Source: Candidatus Moanibacter sp.
GTDB lineage: Bacteria; Verrucomicrobiota; Verrucomicrobiia; Opitutales; UBA2987
DNA: 64,000 nucleotides
Reading direction: 5' to 3'
Assembly (NCBI GenBank): GCA_965215885.1
Contig: CBDCEW010000088.1
Location: 35,853-99,852 of the forward strand
Position 1 is the stretch's first letter. The number at the start of each line of letters is the position of its first letter. Shown here piece by piece: positions 21,766-32,739 of the stretch. The position numbers were made by a program, and so were the translations under genes. Under the pieces are notes generated by a model. That model was not told the origin of the DNA. It was given only the letters and a program-made list of their open reading frames with translations, and made no database searches.

Positions 21766-24260
21766 CGGAAACGGAGGATGCAATGGTAGCGTTGGGTTTG
21801 TGCCGCAGAGAGGCGGGGGAGATCGGCGTAGTGGGCGGGCGGAGCGTTGCTGCCTATAGCATTTCGGGAAGCGGCCTTTAGTTCAGACCAGCGTTTCCAG
21901 GGGTATTCCGGTGCGTTGGAGATATGGTTGAGGAGGCTGCGCCACTCCAAACCGACCCGTTCTATGTCGCCCAAAAGCATATCATTCTGTTCCGATAAGT
22001 TCATCTTTGATCCCATCGAAACGGATTCAGAAAGAACCTCGGCGGCGCCGTCTCCGTAATCGACCGGTCTACCCTTTTCGAGGTAACCTGGAAAAGAGTT
22101 ACCGGAATAGGCGATCTGACAGATCGTACCAAGGCGGCTGCTGTAGGCTTCAAATTCGGTGAAACGGTGGCCGGCCCGTAGATTCGCGAGATCGTAGACA
22201 AGGTCCTGGATATCGTAGGATTCATCTTCCAATGCGGCGGTGATAGCGAGGCCTTCGCCGTAATTAAAGAAGCTGAATATGATTCCGCGGCGAGTGGGAT
22301 GAGCGCGTCTATCGATCAAGCCGAGCTGGTACCAGGCGTATGCCGGGGATGGGGCGGGACCTTCCTTTCCGAGCGCCTTTTGAAAAGAGAAATCAAAGCC
22401 CTCGTCACGTTTTTTCTGGGGAGGGTTAATAAGACGTTTTCCCTCTGAGTCGGCATAGACGAAGAGTTCTGCTTCAGAGAAATCCAAGCGTGCGCTTATG
22501 AGGTCGGTTTTCTCTACCAGTTCGTGGACCCTGCCCCCGCCTGTGATTTGGATAAGGAGAGGAACGATCTCTTTTTTCAGGCGCGAGAGAGTCCATTTTC
22601 GACGGTAAATTCTCCTGTTCCTGTGATTGTGGCGTCCCTGCTCCCTGACTTTTCGGTGCAGCCATTTCGTGAGGATCAGCTCCCTGCCGTTCTCCCTTTC
22701 AAGGACAGTTGCCAGAGGCACTTCGCGACCATAGTTCACGCCCTCAGCCGTCTCGATTCTGCAGACACTACCGACCCGAATTCGGGTAATCGCGGCCGGA
22801 ATTTGAAGGGCGGGTAACCATTGATTCCGGCTGTAGAAGAGCGCGTTTCCCAGAGTGTCTCTTACAGGCGCTTTGCGGCGTTCCCATTTGCCCTGTGAGT
22901 TGAGAATCTCGATCACGGTTTGGCGGGAGGGAGTAGTACCTGTGGAATGAAGATTTGTATCAGACTGAGAGGATTGCACTTTCAGGAATTCGTTCAGTCC
23001 AAGAGGAACTCTCTGATTGCTGAAAAGGCGCTCGGTTAAGAGTGAAGCGGCGCGTTCCGGGCTCCCATCCCGTTCAACCGCCGATCGCATTACGGCAATG
23101 ATGGCGGGCCATTCGAGTTGATTAATTCTCTTGAGCTGCATCGGTCGTCCCTCACTCAGACGGGGCTTTCCAGGCGTAACAAGAATGAATCCTTTTTTGT
23201 CAAGGCCCCGGCGACCCGATCGGCCGAACATCTGCAGCAGTTCGTCCGGACGAATTTCGGAATAGAATTCACCCACCCGGTATTGGCGGTCGGTAACCGT
23301 CACGGAACGGAGAGAGAAGTTAATACCAGCAGCGAGGCCGGTTGTGCTCACGACTACGCGGAGTTGGCCCGATTTGGCCAGCGGTTCGACCAGCGCGGCA
23401 CGTTGCCGGTAAGTGAGTCCACTGTGATGAAAAGCGATTCGGTTCTTGAGGAGTTTGGAGAGATCCTTTCCGGCGAGATGCTTCTGCTCACGGCTGAGAG
23501 GTAGAGTTTGGTCGATTGGCAGGGCCGAGGAAAGTTGGCGGGCCAGATTTTCGCTCGCTTGTCGACGTGGAGCGAAAACTAGAATCGGCCCAAGATCCGC
23601 CATGAGCGCTTTGGCAATCGTCCGCGGCCAGAATCCACGAACTCTCTCTGGGACGCGGCCGGGAAGCGCTTCGACAAAGCACTCCTCCAGGGGTACGGGT
23701 CTCTCCATTGAGCGGATGAGGGCAGCATTTCGGCCAATGCGCACAAGCCAGTCAACGACATGTGTCGGGTTGCCGACGGTGCCGCTTAGGAGCAGGAGTT
23801 GGGTCTGGGGTGGCGCCAGGGCGAGAATAAGCTCGTAGTTTACCCCGCGAGCCGGATCGGCGAGCATCTGATATTCGTCCACGACCAGAAGTCCGGGACC
23901 TTCCCCTTGTAGAAATCGCTGCTTTTGAGTCTCAAGAGTGGCGACGATGACGGGTGCATCGAGATTGTCTGATACGTCTCCGGTAGTTATACCGACTTCC
24001 CATCCGCGAATTCGCCATTCCAGTAGCTTGTCATTTGCCAAAGCACGCGTCGGAACGGTGTAGATGGCTTTCTTTCGATAGCCTCCCTGGATGAAGAGCT
24101 CAAAGATATAGGTCTTTCCAGCCCCTGTTGGAGCATCGACAATGACATCGCGGCCCGCCTTCAACTGGCGAATCGCTTCCTGCTGCCAGAGATCGGGAAT
24201 TTGCAGATTAAACTCGAGGTCCTGCATGGTGACGAAATCCTTGCGGACGACATTGGACAA
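21762..24260 (-). CDS. Ski2/HelY-like DExH-box helicase
   Basis: APTGAGKT, PTRALAND, VDEYQ, LSGT, FHHSG, QMFGRSGRRG. Confidence 0.9.
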   Translation of the reverse strand: MSNVVRKDFVTMQDLEFNLQIPDLWQQEAIRQLKAGRDVIVDAPTGAGKTYIFELFIQGGYRKKAIYTVPTRALANDKLLEWRIRGWEVGITTGDVSDNLDAPVIVATLETQKQRFLQGEGPGLLVVDEYQMLADPARGVNYELILALAPPQTQLLLLSGTVGNPTHVVDWLVRIGRNAALIRSMERPVPLEECFVEALPGRVPERVRGFWPRTIAKALMADLGPILVFAPRRQASENLARQLSSALPIDQTLPLSREQKHLAGKDLSKLLKNRIAFHHSGLTYRQRAALVEPLAKSGQLRVVVSTTGLAAGINFSLRSVTVTDRQYRVGEFYSEIRPDELLQMFGRSGRRGLDKKGFILVTPGKPRLSEGRPMQLKRINQLEWPAIIAVMRSAVERDGSPERAASLLTERLFSNQRVPLGLNEFLKVQSSQSDTNLHSTGTTPSRQTVIEILNSQGKWERRKAPVRDTLGNALFYSRNQWLPALQIPAAITRIRVGSVCRIETAEGVNYGREVPLATVLERENGRELILTKWLHRKVREQGRHNHRNRRIYRRKWTLSRLKKEIVPLLIQITGGGRVHELVEKTDLISARLDFSEAELFVYADSEGKRLINPPQKKRDEGFDFSFQKALGKEGPAPSPAYAWYQLGLIDRRAHPTRRGIIFSFFNYGEGLAITAALEDESYDIQDLVYDLANLRAGHRFTEFEAYSSRLGTICQIAYSGNSFPGYLEKGRPVDYGDGAAEVLSESVSMGSKMNLSEQNDMLLGDIERVGLEWRSLLNHISNAPEYPWKRWSELKAASRNAIGSNAPPAHYADLPRLSAAQTQRYHCILRFR

Positions 24261-24466
24261 TGTTCGGTATCCAGTGTCCAGTAATCAGTTTCGTTGAGTT
24301 CGCGCAATGGTGGCATTGTTCGTTATTCGCCGAAATACGAACAGACCTACGGCTCTGATTTTGGGACTGATGAATTTCTTTACATTTTTTTTAAATAAGT
24401 TTCATAAGTTATTGACTATGTTATACCTTGACAATATGAGGACTATGCCGATTAATAAATGGAACA

Positions 24467-24943
24467 ATGAAAAGGAAGAACCGATACTCCAACGAGCCGA
24501 CGTTTCCACACCTTGGTAAACGTTCAGCAAAAAAGAAGGGATTTTCCCTGGTTGAATTTATGGTCGGGTCAGGAGTAATGACTCTGGTATTAGCTGGCTG
24601 CTTCAGCGGCATCGGTCAGGCACTCCAGATCAGCGAGAATGTGAAGAGCGGCAATTTCGCGGCGCAGATTCTTCAGAGCGAGATAGATGAGATTCACACG
24701 TTGCAGTGGAACGAAGTCAATCAGCTACCGAGTAGTGGGAATTTTGATCCCAAGGCCTACTTTTCGATAATCCCGCTCAGAGACTACAGTTGCCAGCGCT
24801 CCATCACGGACCTGGGAAGCCTTCAGAAGGAAATTCGGCTGACGGTGTCCTGGACGGATCTGAAAGGTCTCAGCCACGATCGCGAACACGTCACTTATTA
24901 CACCAAAGACGGTCTATACGATTACACTTACCGCGCGCTGTAA
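24467..24943 (+). CDS. Prepilin-type N-terminal cleavage/methylation domain protein
   Basis: Basic leader then G|FSLVE and a hydrophobic helix. Confidence 0.85.
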   Translation: MKRKNRYSNEPTFPHLGKRSAKKKGFSLVEFMVGSGVMTLVLAGCFSGIGQALQISENVKSGNFAAQILQSEIDEIHTLQWNEVNQLPSSGNFDPKAYFSIIPLRDYSCQRSITDLGSLQKEIRLTVSWTDLKGLSHDREHVTYYTKDGLYDYTYRAL

Positions 24944-25923
24944 GCCCTTTCGTAGAGAAGAGCCAGCACCCATCTATCCTCACTGGGATTCCGCTTTAGG
25001 GCGTTTTCGCGTTTTTAGCAGGCATCCATCATGGAACGGGCAATTCGATGAAGTTTACGACGAGGATTGCGGCGAAGCGGTGTACCGAGCGTAGCGCAGC
25101 CGCAACCCAAAAAGAATAAGAGAACCGCAAATGCACGCGAATGGACGCGAATGAAGAAAAATCGACCACGGATTCGAGAATACCGCGGATTGGGGAAGCG
25201 GATCAAGACTGCTGAAAAGTATTAAAATAGAATGAGTGAGAGTGCTCTCACCCGTATAATTACAAGGTTCGGGACAGGGTTTGCGACGAGGTTTGTTGCA
25301 TTGGTATCCCGAGAAAGTTGACTGGCAGGACATTTTTGATCGGATTTCGAAGGTAACTCCTACTTCCCTGGTAACTTTGCGTGCCTCGGCAAAGCGGAGA
25401 TACGACGGGTCGCGAACCTCACGCGCGATCCCGCTGAGCGGGACGACGGTGTGGAGAACATCAACGGGTTATAGTTGCGGATAAAAGATTTCTTCTTAAG
25501 GAAACAAGCCCTTTCATGAACCGCTGCTCACTCTCCCCTTTCACGTGAAAGGCCTCCTTAGGACCACCTTCTTACGAAGGCGGCTACGCAGCATTCAACA
25601 TCGAACGTCGGAATGAGGCGTAGTTCCAGAAGGATTATCTTCACAGACTCGCCCGCCCCCATCTATCCTCACCGAGATTCCTCTTTCGCGCGTTTTCGCG
25701 GGCATCCCTCTTCTCAGTAGTTCTGTGAAATAGGCTCTTTGATCAATCTCCTCACCGGGTTCTGATCCTTACGTTAACGGCAAGCCGGGATGGCCCTCTG
25801 TGGCCCCTCTTTTGCACTCGGATGTCTTTCAGAAGGGAAGAGACCCTAGAGTGTGTACAGGGAATCACGGGACCCGGTCTCCATTAATCCCTTTTCGAAA
25901 GATACGGGAAAGTCGCCATTCCC

Positions 25924-26496
25924 ATGGGTGAGGATATGGCGATTTATACTCTCAGTATGAACAAAAATAGTCTTCTTCTCAAAGCCAACCGTCTCCTGGG
26001 GGCCGAATTGGTGCAGAACAACGTTGTCGAACTCAATGATCTTGAAACTGCAAATGGCCACTTTCTGGAAGATTTGCAGAGGGTGGAACGCCGAAAGCTC
26101 TCTCTCCTGAAGATCATGCTCTACGACCTACAGAATCTCAAAGAAGAAGATCTTATTCATTATCAGATGGAAGAAGTCGGTTTGGGATTTTGCCGGCTGT
26201 CGAGCTATTCGATGTCATCGGAGGCTCTTGAGAGTGCCGATCTGGATATTTGCTGGGCGACGCGAACCGTGCCATTCGACCGTGTCGAGGGTTTCTGGTT
26301 TTTAGCCAGTTCCTATTATCTCAGCCCGGTCGTAAAAAACTACTGGGAAGAGACGCTCGATGATACCATAATCTGGTACGCGGCCGAACTCTCGGAGATA
26401 ACGGCTATCCTTGAGTCGCTCACCCCGGATATGGAACCGGAGGTGGAGACTCCTGAGAAAAAGGAAGAGGAGGCGATTGAGGCGGTAGCGGTCTAA
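25924..26496 (+). CDS. Hypothetical protein resembling a stand-alone GspE/PilB N-terminal domain
   Basis: RLLGAELV start and TVPF internal segment resemble T2SSE_N; no ATPase domain. Confidence 0.5.
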   Translation: MGEDMAIYTLSMNKNSLLLKANRLLGAELVQNNVVELNDLETANGHFLEDLQRVERRKLSLLKIMLYDLQNLKEEDLIHYQMEEVGLGFCRLSSYSMSSEALESADLDICWATRTVPFDRVEGFWFLASSYYLSPVVKNYWEETLDDTIIWYAAELSEITAILESLTPDMEPEVETPEKKEEEAIEAVAV

Positions 26497-26533
26497 GAGC
26501 CTGCCGGGCAAGATATGGCAGGCTCTTAGAAAC

Positions 26534-26694
26534 AAGAAAATGAAACTGAATTTTAGTGGAAGAGTGCTTGAGATGCGGAAATCAGAGCATTTATGGCACA
26601 TTTACGGAGAATATCATTCGCTTTCCTTGCCAGTTGATTACCTGGAACAAAAAGGAGAGAGTCAATCGGGCCAGAATTTCAGTTTCATTTTCTT
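26534..26694. mobile_element. MITE family B (161 bp)
   Basis: TIR AAGAAAATGAAACTGAA / TTCAGTTTCATTTTCTT; second copy 35609-35769 in opposite orientation. Confidence 0.8.
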
Positions 26695-26793
26695 CATAGG
26701 AAAAGATCTCGCGCAACGGTCTTCGACCCGCAAGCGGCACTACGCCCTGTCAAAAAGAAGCAAAGGGTGTCGGGAAAGCGAAAATTGGAGCGT

Positions 26794-28737
26794 TCAGCTG
26801 CCGGCGGGTTCCAGTGTTGCCTGATCTTTGAGGCAGTCTCGAACGAGTTCGATGATCTTTGAGGAATTCGGTGGTTTGGGAAGGAAGAGAAAGCCCTCCT
26901 CATTATCGAGATGGTTACCGACCTGCTCCTTATTAAAACCGCTGCTGATGATTACCTTGCATTCCGGGCGGTCCCGACGAACTTTTCGAGCCACTTCGAG
27001 TCCGCTGATTCCGGGCATCACAATATCCGTATAGAGCAGAGCGATTTCGTCTTTGCTGCGTCCCTAGATGTCCAGCGCGGCCTCACCTGATGCTGCTTCA
27101 ATTACACAAAAGCCTTCGTCTTCAAGGAGAGTCTTAAGAAGGAGCCGGAAGTCTTTTTCATCTTCGACGAGGAGGATTTTAGCGTCTGATGAGTAGAATT
27201 CGGAGAAAGGCATCTCATCATCCTGTGAAGGCTCCTTCTGGGGGCGGGCTTTTGCGGAAAGGGGCAGAAAGATCTCAAACCTTGAGCCGTGATCAACCTC
27301 GCTCTCCACTTCGATCCAGCCTTTGTGCTCTTCAACAATCCCGTAAACGGTGGAGAGGCCGAGACCAGTGCCCTTATCCGGTTGGCGAGTGGTGAAAAAG
27401 GGCTCAAATATCCTCTTTCTGATTTCCTCCGTCATTCCATGCCCGGTATCTCTGATACTGATAAAGGCATGATCGCGAGGGAGGAATGGATCTTTCGAGT
27501 TGGGATGGGGCGGCGTCCGTTCTTTACTGCCTACCTCAAAATAGAGATCACCGCCCTGGGGCATGGCATCGCGCGCGTTGAGTGCGATATTGAGGATGAC
27601 CTGCTCGAGGGCGCTTCTATCGGCCTGAACGGTCACTGTTTGGGAAGTCGTTGAAAGGTGGAGACGGCTGTTTGGGCCGAGCATCTTCTCGATGATTTCC
27701 TGAAGATTGCGTATCGTTTCATGCACATCGATGGGACAGAAACTGAGTTTCTGAGTGCGGGTAAAGATAAGCAGCTGTTTAACGAGGGAACCTGCCCGGC
27801 CGCTGCCGCGGCAGATGCGGGCGAGGCCTTCCTTGAATTCCCGATCCAGGTCCCGATTCCGCGTAAGCATTTCGGCGGAGAGTCTGATGACCCCGAGGAT
27901 ATTGTTGAACTCATGCGCGATTCCGGCCGAAAGCTGCGCGACGGCGAGTTTTTTTTGCTGTTGGACGAGTTGCTCCATCATCCTCTTGCGGTCCGTGATA
28001 TCTTCGAGGCAGACCAGGAAAGCGGATTCTTCGTTCCATTCCGTTTTTATGGTGCGTATTTCGACGACAACGATCTCGCCGGTCGGTTTCGTGAAGTGTA
28101 CTTCATTGCATTTGTGCCTGTCGGTGCAGTAAGCAAACGGTTGTCGAAGGAGGGATTCCCTCTCCTGGCCGAGAATTTTCCCGGCGGAGTGATTTGCATA
28201 CACAACCGTATGCTGCTCATCGAGAACAAGGATTCCCCCGGAGTGATCCTCGATAATATGCTGAAGGCGGTCTTCGCTTAGTTTGAGTTGTCGAGTGTTT
28301 TCCTCTAACTGCAGCTGCATTCGATAGCGTTCCCGGGCATGCCGAACGGTACGGTCCAAAAGGTAGGGATCCATAATCTTGCCCTTGACGAGATAGTCCT
28401 GGGCGCCGTCCCGAAGCGATTTTTCGGCGATCCCGTCGTCGTCGAGTTCCGTCAGAAGTACGATCGGTACGTCATGGAGGATTTGCCGAGCAGCGTGATA
28501 AGTCTCGATTCCCTGACTGTCGGGAAGTCCGAGGTCGAGGAGAACAGCATCAAATGGCGGCACAGCCGGTTTGGCGGCGATTTCGTCGAGTCTCTCAGCA
28601 TGCTCGATCGCGTAAGTCCGGTGTGGTACCTCTTTGAGAAGCTCCACAATGAGACGCGCGTCGCCAGGGTTATCTTCAACCAGGAGCAGGCGCAAATGCC
28701 TCCCGTTTTTGGGAGGCGTCTCTGAGTCCAGGTTCAT
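26794..28737 (-). pseudogene. Hybrid histidine kinase REC-PAS-HisKA-HATPase-REC with in-frame TAG at 27064-27066
   Basis: AHEFNN H-box, DTGHG, GTGLGL; ..AALDI*GRSKDEIALLYTDIVMPG continues in frame into ORF 26794-27021. Confidence 0.85.
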
Positions 28738-28807
28738 AATCGAGATGCTTCCTGAGAGTTCCAGAAGTGTCTGATAGTATCAGCGGGCCGTAAACGGATG
28801 TTTTGCG

Positions 28808-29272
28808 TCAACCGCCGGCTGCTACCGCGACGGGGAGTTTTACAATCTCCAGCCAGAATTCTTCGATAGACTTTATCACCCTTAGGAAACTATCGAGTTC
28901 GACCGGCTTGTTGATAAAGCAATTGGCATGCCGCTCGTAACACTTGAAAATATCCTGCTCCGCTGTCGACGTAGTCAGTACGACGACAGGAATGCGCTTT
29001 AAGAACGGATCCGACTTTATCTCTTCCAGGACTTCGGGTCCGTTTACTTTGGGAAGATTGAGATCGAGCAATATGAGGTCGGGCCTTGGCGCATCGCCGA
29101 ACTCTCCTTCTCTTCGGAGAAACTCGAGCGCCTTCGCCCCATCTCTGGCAACATGGAGTGTGTTTGAGACTTTTCCTTCTTTGAGTGCTTCTTCAGTTAA
29201 CCGCACGTCGCCCGGATTGTCTTCTACAAGAAGAATCTCAATTGATTTTACGTTGTTGTAATGATCGGTCAT
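28808..29272 (-). CDS. Single-domain response regulator, Rcp1-like
   Basis: LLVEDNPGD, LLDLNLP, VLTTS, INKPV. Confidence 0.92.
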   Translation of the reverse strand: MTDHYNNVKSIEILLVEDNPGDVRLTEEALKEGKVSNTLHVARDGAKALEFLRREGEFGDAPRPDLILLDLNLPKVNGPEVLEEIKSDPFLKRIPVVVLTTSTAEQDIFKCYERHANCFINKPVELDSFLRVIKSIEEFWLEIVKLPVAVAAGG

Positions 29273-29483
29273 GGTTCGCTAATTCCCAGCCATTGAGACG
29301 GTTATTTTGGGCGTCGATTAATAGGAAACTTGCGCAGGTTGATCTACGGGATTCAGGATTCTTTCGGACTTTGGGTCTGTGCCTGATTAGCCTGCTTGAG
29401 GGTCCGACGGTCGGCCTTCGGCGAGGCTCTTGCGAAGTAGGGCGTAACTTTACGGCAAAGGCCCAATGTACTCTCTGTCGTGA

Positions 29484-31682
29484 TTAGACCGCTTCTGCCA
29501 TCTGCAGAAGGTGATCTTCCTGTTCCTCGGCTTCACCGGAAAGGTCTGAAGTTGCCAGAGGAAGAGTAAATTTGAAGGTAGCTCCCTCTCCGAGTTTCGA
29601 TTCCAGCCAGATACGCCCGCCATGCCGACGTAAGATCTTTTGGCAAATTGAAAGGCCGATTCCCGTTCCGGGAAGGTCCTCCTTGCGGTGCAGTCGCTGA
29701 AAAATCAAGAATATGCGGTCAAAGTATTTTGGATCGATACCAATACCGTTGTCGGATACAGAAATTCTCCAACCTGGGGAAATGATTGCAGGACTCTCTC
29801 GATCGTCTGTACGAGGGACGGGACGGATATCATTAATCGGGTCAGCCGATATGTGAATCGCCGGCGCATTTTCGCCGCGGAACTTAATTGCATTCTCGAC
29901 GAGATTTTGAAAAAGCCGCATCAATTGGCTCTCATCACCGAGAACGTTGGGCAGAGGATCCGAAGTTACTTTTGCTCCGGAAGATTCAATCTTGCTCTTG
30001 AGGTTGGCAAGCGCTTGCGAAAGAACATTGCTGCAGGATGTGTGATTGAGAACTTTTCCCATTGTAGTTATTCTGGAATAGTTCAAGAGGTCTTCGATGA
30101 GTCTCTTCATTCTAGAAGCGCCATCTACTGCGAAAGTGATGAATTCATCAGCGTCGGTATCGAGCTTGCCCTTGTAGCGTAGAGCGAGAAGCTGCAAAAA
30201 ACTCGACACCATCCGCAAGGGTTCCTTTAGGTCGTGAGACGCGACATTTGCGAACTGCTCCAGTTCATGATTGGAAGTTTCTAATTCCTGTGCCTTAGCC
30301 TTCAGGGCTTCCTCGGCTTTCTTCAGATCAGTAATGTCGGTAATACAAACCGGTACTCTGTCGAACTGCTCGATGTCCCTGGGAAAAAGCATCGTGATGA
30401 GAAGATTGCGGAGTTCACCCTGTAGGGTGAGGCCGACAAACTCTCCTTCGAAAAACTCGCGCCCTTCGGCGACGGCGATCAGCTCTTCCTTGAATACCGT
30501 TAGTGCCTCAGGGGGTAACAGTTTCAGTAAGACCTCAAACAGCTCAGCTTTGCTTGTTGCATCAAAGAGTTTTAGAGTAGCCGGGTTTACATCTGTTATC
30601 TTGATCTTTTTCAGGGCCGCTTCGACTTGCTCCGGGTGGCTGTCGAAATACGCTCTGAAGTTTGTAATGCCTTGAGACTTAAGCTTCTCGATATCTTTGA
30701 CATATTCGGAAAAGTCCTCTTCCCAGATTGAAAAGGCTGTTGTTTCGAAGATGTTTTTGTATCTTGACTCACTCTGACGAAGTGACTTCTCCGTCTCTTT
30801 TCTAACTGCAATCTCGTTCCTGAGATTTTGGTTCACCGATTCAATCTTGAGAGCGCTCAATTCGGCCTGTTGAAAGAGATCGTAAGTGTTGCCAATCAAT
30901 CCGGTGAGGACGCAGAAATAGCTCACTACCTTGAGTTGATGGGCTGAATCGAACATGATTTCGAAGACCTGACCGGAAAATGACATATACATAACCTGGG
31001 CCATCAGCCCCACAACGAGTGAAACTATAAGCCAGTGCTCAAAAATGTCAGTTTTCCAGTGTGCCTTCTTAAGAAAACCAACGAGAGCCAATAAAAAGAA
31101 GAGAGCCGAAACGAATTCCTGGGGACGGTGAAAAATAATCTCCGGAAAGTGCGCCCGTGGAAGCGGGACTAAGGCAAAAAAGATGAAACTGAATAACGTA
31201 AGAATTCCGGCAGCACAATAGATCGTCCCTTCTTTGAGCTTTCCTGTTTCACCTATTCGGTCCTCTCTACGCCAGGCCAGGAAGCTGAATAGCATCATAA
31301 GAGAGAGAAAAGTACGAGAGGCGTTCCAATTCCAGGGGATGAGGTAGGGGGGCGCGGAGGGAAAAAACTGGTCGAAATAAGATGAGGTTACGATGGCGTG
31401 GTAGCCATCAAGAAGACCGGTACCCAAAAATCCAGTCGCGATGAATAGTATGGTATTGTTCTTCTTTGTGTAAAAGCGCACGAGAGCGATGACACCAACG
31501 AGGAGAGCAATTACGGTCGCGACCGCCTCAAGCAGAGTGTGATACTGTTTATCGCTCTGCCATCCTGAGTTTCTTAAGAGGAAGTGACCAAGAAACAGGC
31601 TTAGGAACGTAATTAAGTATAGTTTCGCTCGGGATTTGGTTAGAGTGTCTGATTCGATGGGGTTTGGATGTATTGGAATCAT
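29484..31682 (-). CDS. Membrane sensor histidine kinase (MASE3-like, PAS, Cph1-like HisKA/HATPase)
   Basis: Multiple TM segments (HTLLEA..LLDGYH), ASHDLKEPLR, IFQRLH, GTGIGL. Confidence 0.9.
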   Translation of the reverse strand: MIPIHPNPIESDTLTKSRAKLYLITFLSLFLGHFLLRNSGWQSDKQYHTLLEAVATVIALLVGVIALVRFYTKKNNTILFIATGFLGTGLLDGYHAIVTSSYFDQFFPSAPPYLIPWNWNASRTFLSLMMLFSFLAWRREDRIGETGKLKEGTIYCAAGILTLFSFIFFALVPLPRAHFPEIIFHRPQEFVSALFFLLALVGFLKKAHWKTDIFEHWLIVSLVVGLMAQVMYMSFSGQVFEIMFDSAHQLKVVSYFCVLTGLIGNTYDLFQQAELSALKIESVNQNLRNEIAVRKETEKSLRQSESRYKNIFETTAFSIWEEDFSEYVKDIEKLKSQGITNFRAYFDSHPEQVEAALKKIKITDVNPATLKLFDATSKAELFEVLLKLLPPEALTVFKEELIAVAEGREFFEGEFVGLTLQGELRNLLITMLFPRDIEQFDRVPVCITDITDLKKAEEALKAKAQELETSNHELEQFANVASHDLKEPLRMVSSFLQLLALRYKGKLDTDADEFITFAVDGASRMKRLIEDLLNYSRITTMGKVLNHTSCSNVLSQALANLKSKIESSGAKVTSDPLPNVLGDESQLMRLFQNLVENAIKFRGENAPAIHISADPINDIRPVPRTDDRESPAIISPGWRISVSDNGIGIDPKYFDRIFLIFQRLHRKEDLPGTGIGLSICQKILRRHGGRIWLESKLGEGATFKFTLPLATSDLSGEAEEQEDHLLQMAEAV

Positions 31683-31896
31683 CTATGTGTTTATTCCATT
31701 CTTTGGGAGGTGCATTTTGTCGGGGATCCTCGACGGAAGATCGAATCGGTTCGCGCTTCTCCCATCGTCACTCTTAACCATGATCTTCAGTCGATCTTCT
31801 CAATTCGCTCCGAGGACGATTACGAGAAGGATTGAGCTCGATGCGCACTCGAAAGTCGTGGTCGTAATCAATGGTCGATCCTATAGCGCGACTGAT

Positions 31897-32739
31897 CTAC
31901 CCCCCTTTCAGGGAGCTCTGTAATTCTTTGAGGCGCTCGTGTGCACACATCAGGTACTCGCCGAGCTGCTCCTGGGTGATTTTTACGACTTCGGTGGCTC
32001 TGGGGTCTGCCTTAAAAGCCCAGGCATTTTTTCCATGGTTAAGGCCGATATTGGCGACAACCCAGTTGGCGAGGTGGAGAGTGCTGGTGGCTTCTCTGCA
32101 TTCGGGAACATCGAGGGGACGGTATTGGTACTGGATGGGGAGGTAAGTGTGGGATGCGAAATCCCATTGTTTCAGGAGGGAGGCGCCGATCTCGGCGTGA
32201 TCGAACCCCAGGACTTCCCTCTCCGCTTCTGTCAAAGTGATACCTTTCTTTTCAACGATTTGAAAGACCTGTTCGTAGCAGTCGTTCAGGTAGCGATTAA
32301 TGACAATCTTGCCGAGCGAATGAAGTAGCCCCGTAGTATACGAAGAACTGGGGTCCTGACCTGTATTCCTGGCCATATTTTCCATAACCAGGGCACAGGC
32401 GAGAGATTGTTCCCAGAGCTGACCTTCATCGAGAAAAAACACGGGCTGAGCATCGCTGAGCAGTTCCATGCCGCAGACCATGGCGACAAGCTTGTAAACT
32501 TCCCGGATGCCAATGCGGCTGACGGCGTCTTCAATATCGACAATTTGAGTGGCCTGTCCGTAGTAGGCGCTGTTGCTCAATTTCAAGACCTGCGCGGTAA
32601 GGGAGGGATCTATTCTTATGAGGGAGACAATATCATCGAAGTTGGAATCCTCGCTCGTCAAGAGAGTCTGCAGTTTTGGCAGGGTCTGAATGGTGGGGGG
32701 GAAATTATCCACCTGTTCGATTAGTGATTCTAGAGTCAT
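31897..32739 (-). CDS. HDOD domain protein
   Basis: DPSLTAQVLKLSNSAYYG, GLLHSLGK, DHAEIGASLLKQW. Confidence 0.92.
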   Translation of the reverse strand: MTLESLIEQVDNFPPTIQTLPKLQTLLTSEDSNFDDIVSLIRIDPSLTAQVLKLSNSAYYGQATQIVDIEDAVSRIGIREVYKLVAMVCGMELLSDAQPVFFLDEGQLWEQSLACALVMENMARNTGQDPSSSYTTGLLHSLGKIVINRYLNDCYEQVFQIVEKKGITLTEAEREVLGFDHAEIGASLLKQWDFASHTYLPIQYQYRPLDVPECREATSTLHLANWVVANIGLNHGKNAWAFKADPRATEVVKITQEQLGEYLMCAHERLKELQSSLKGG

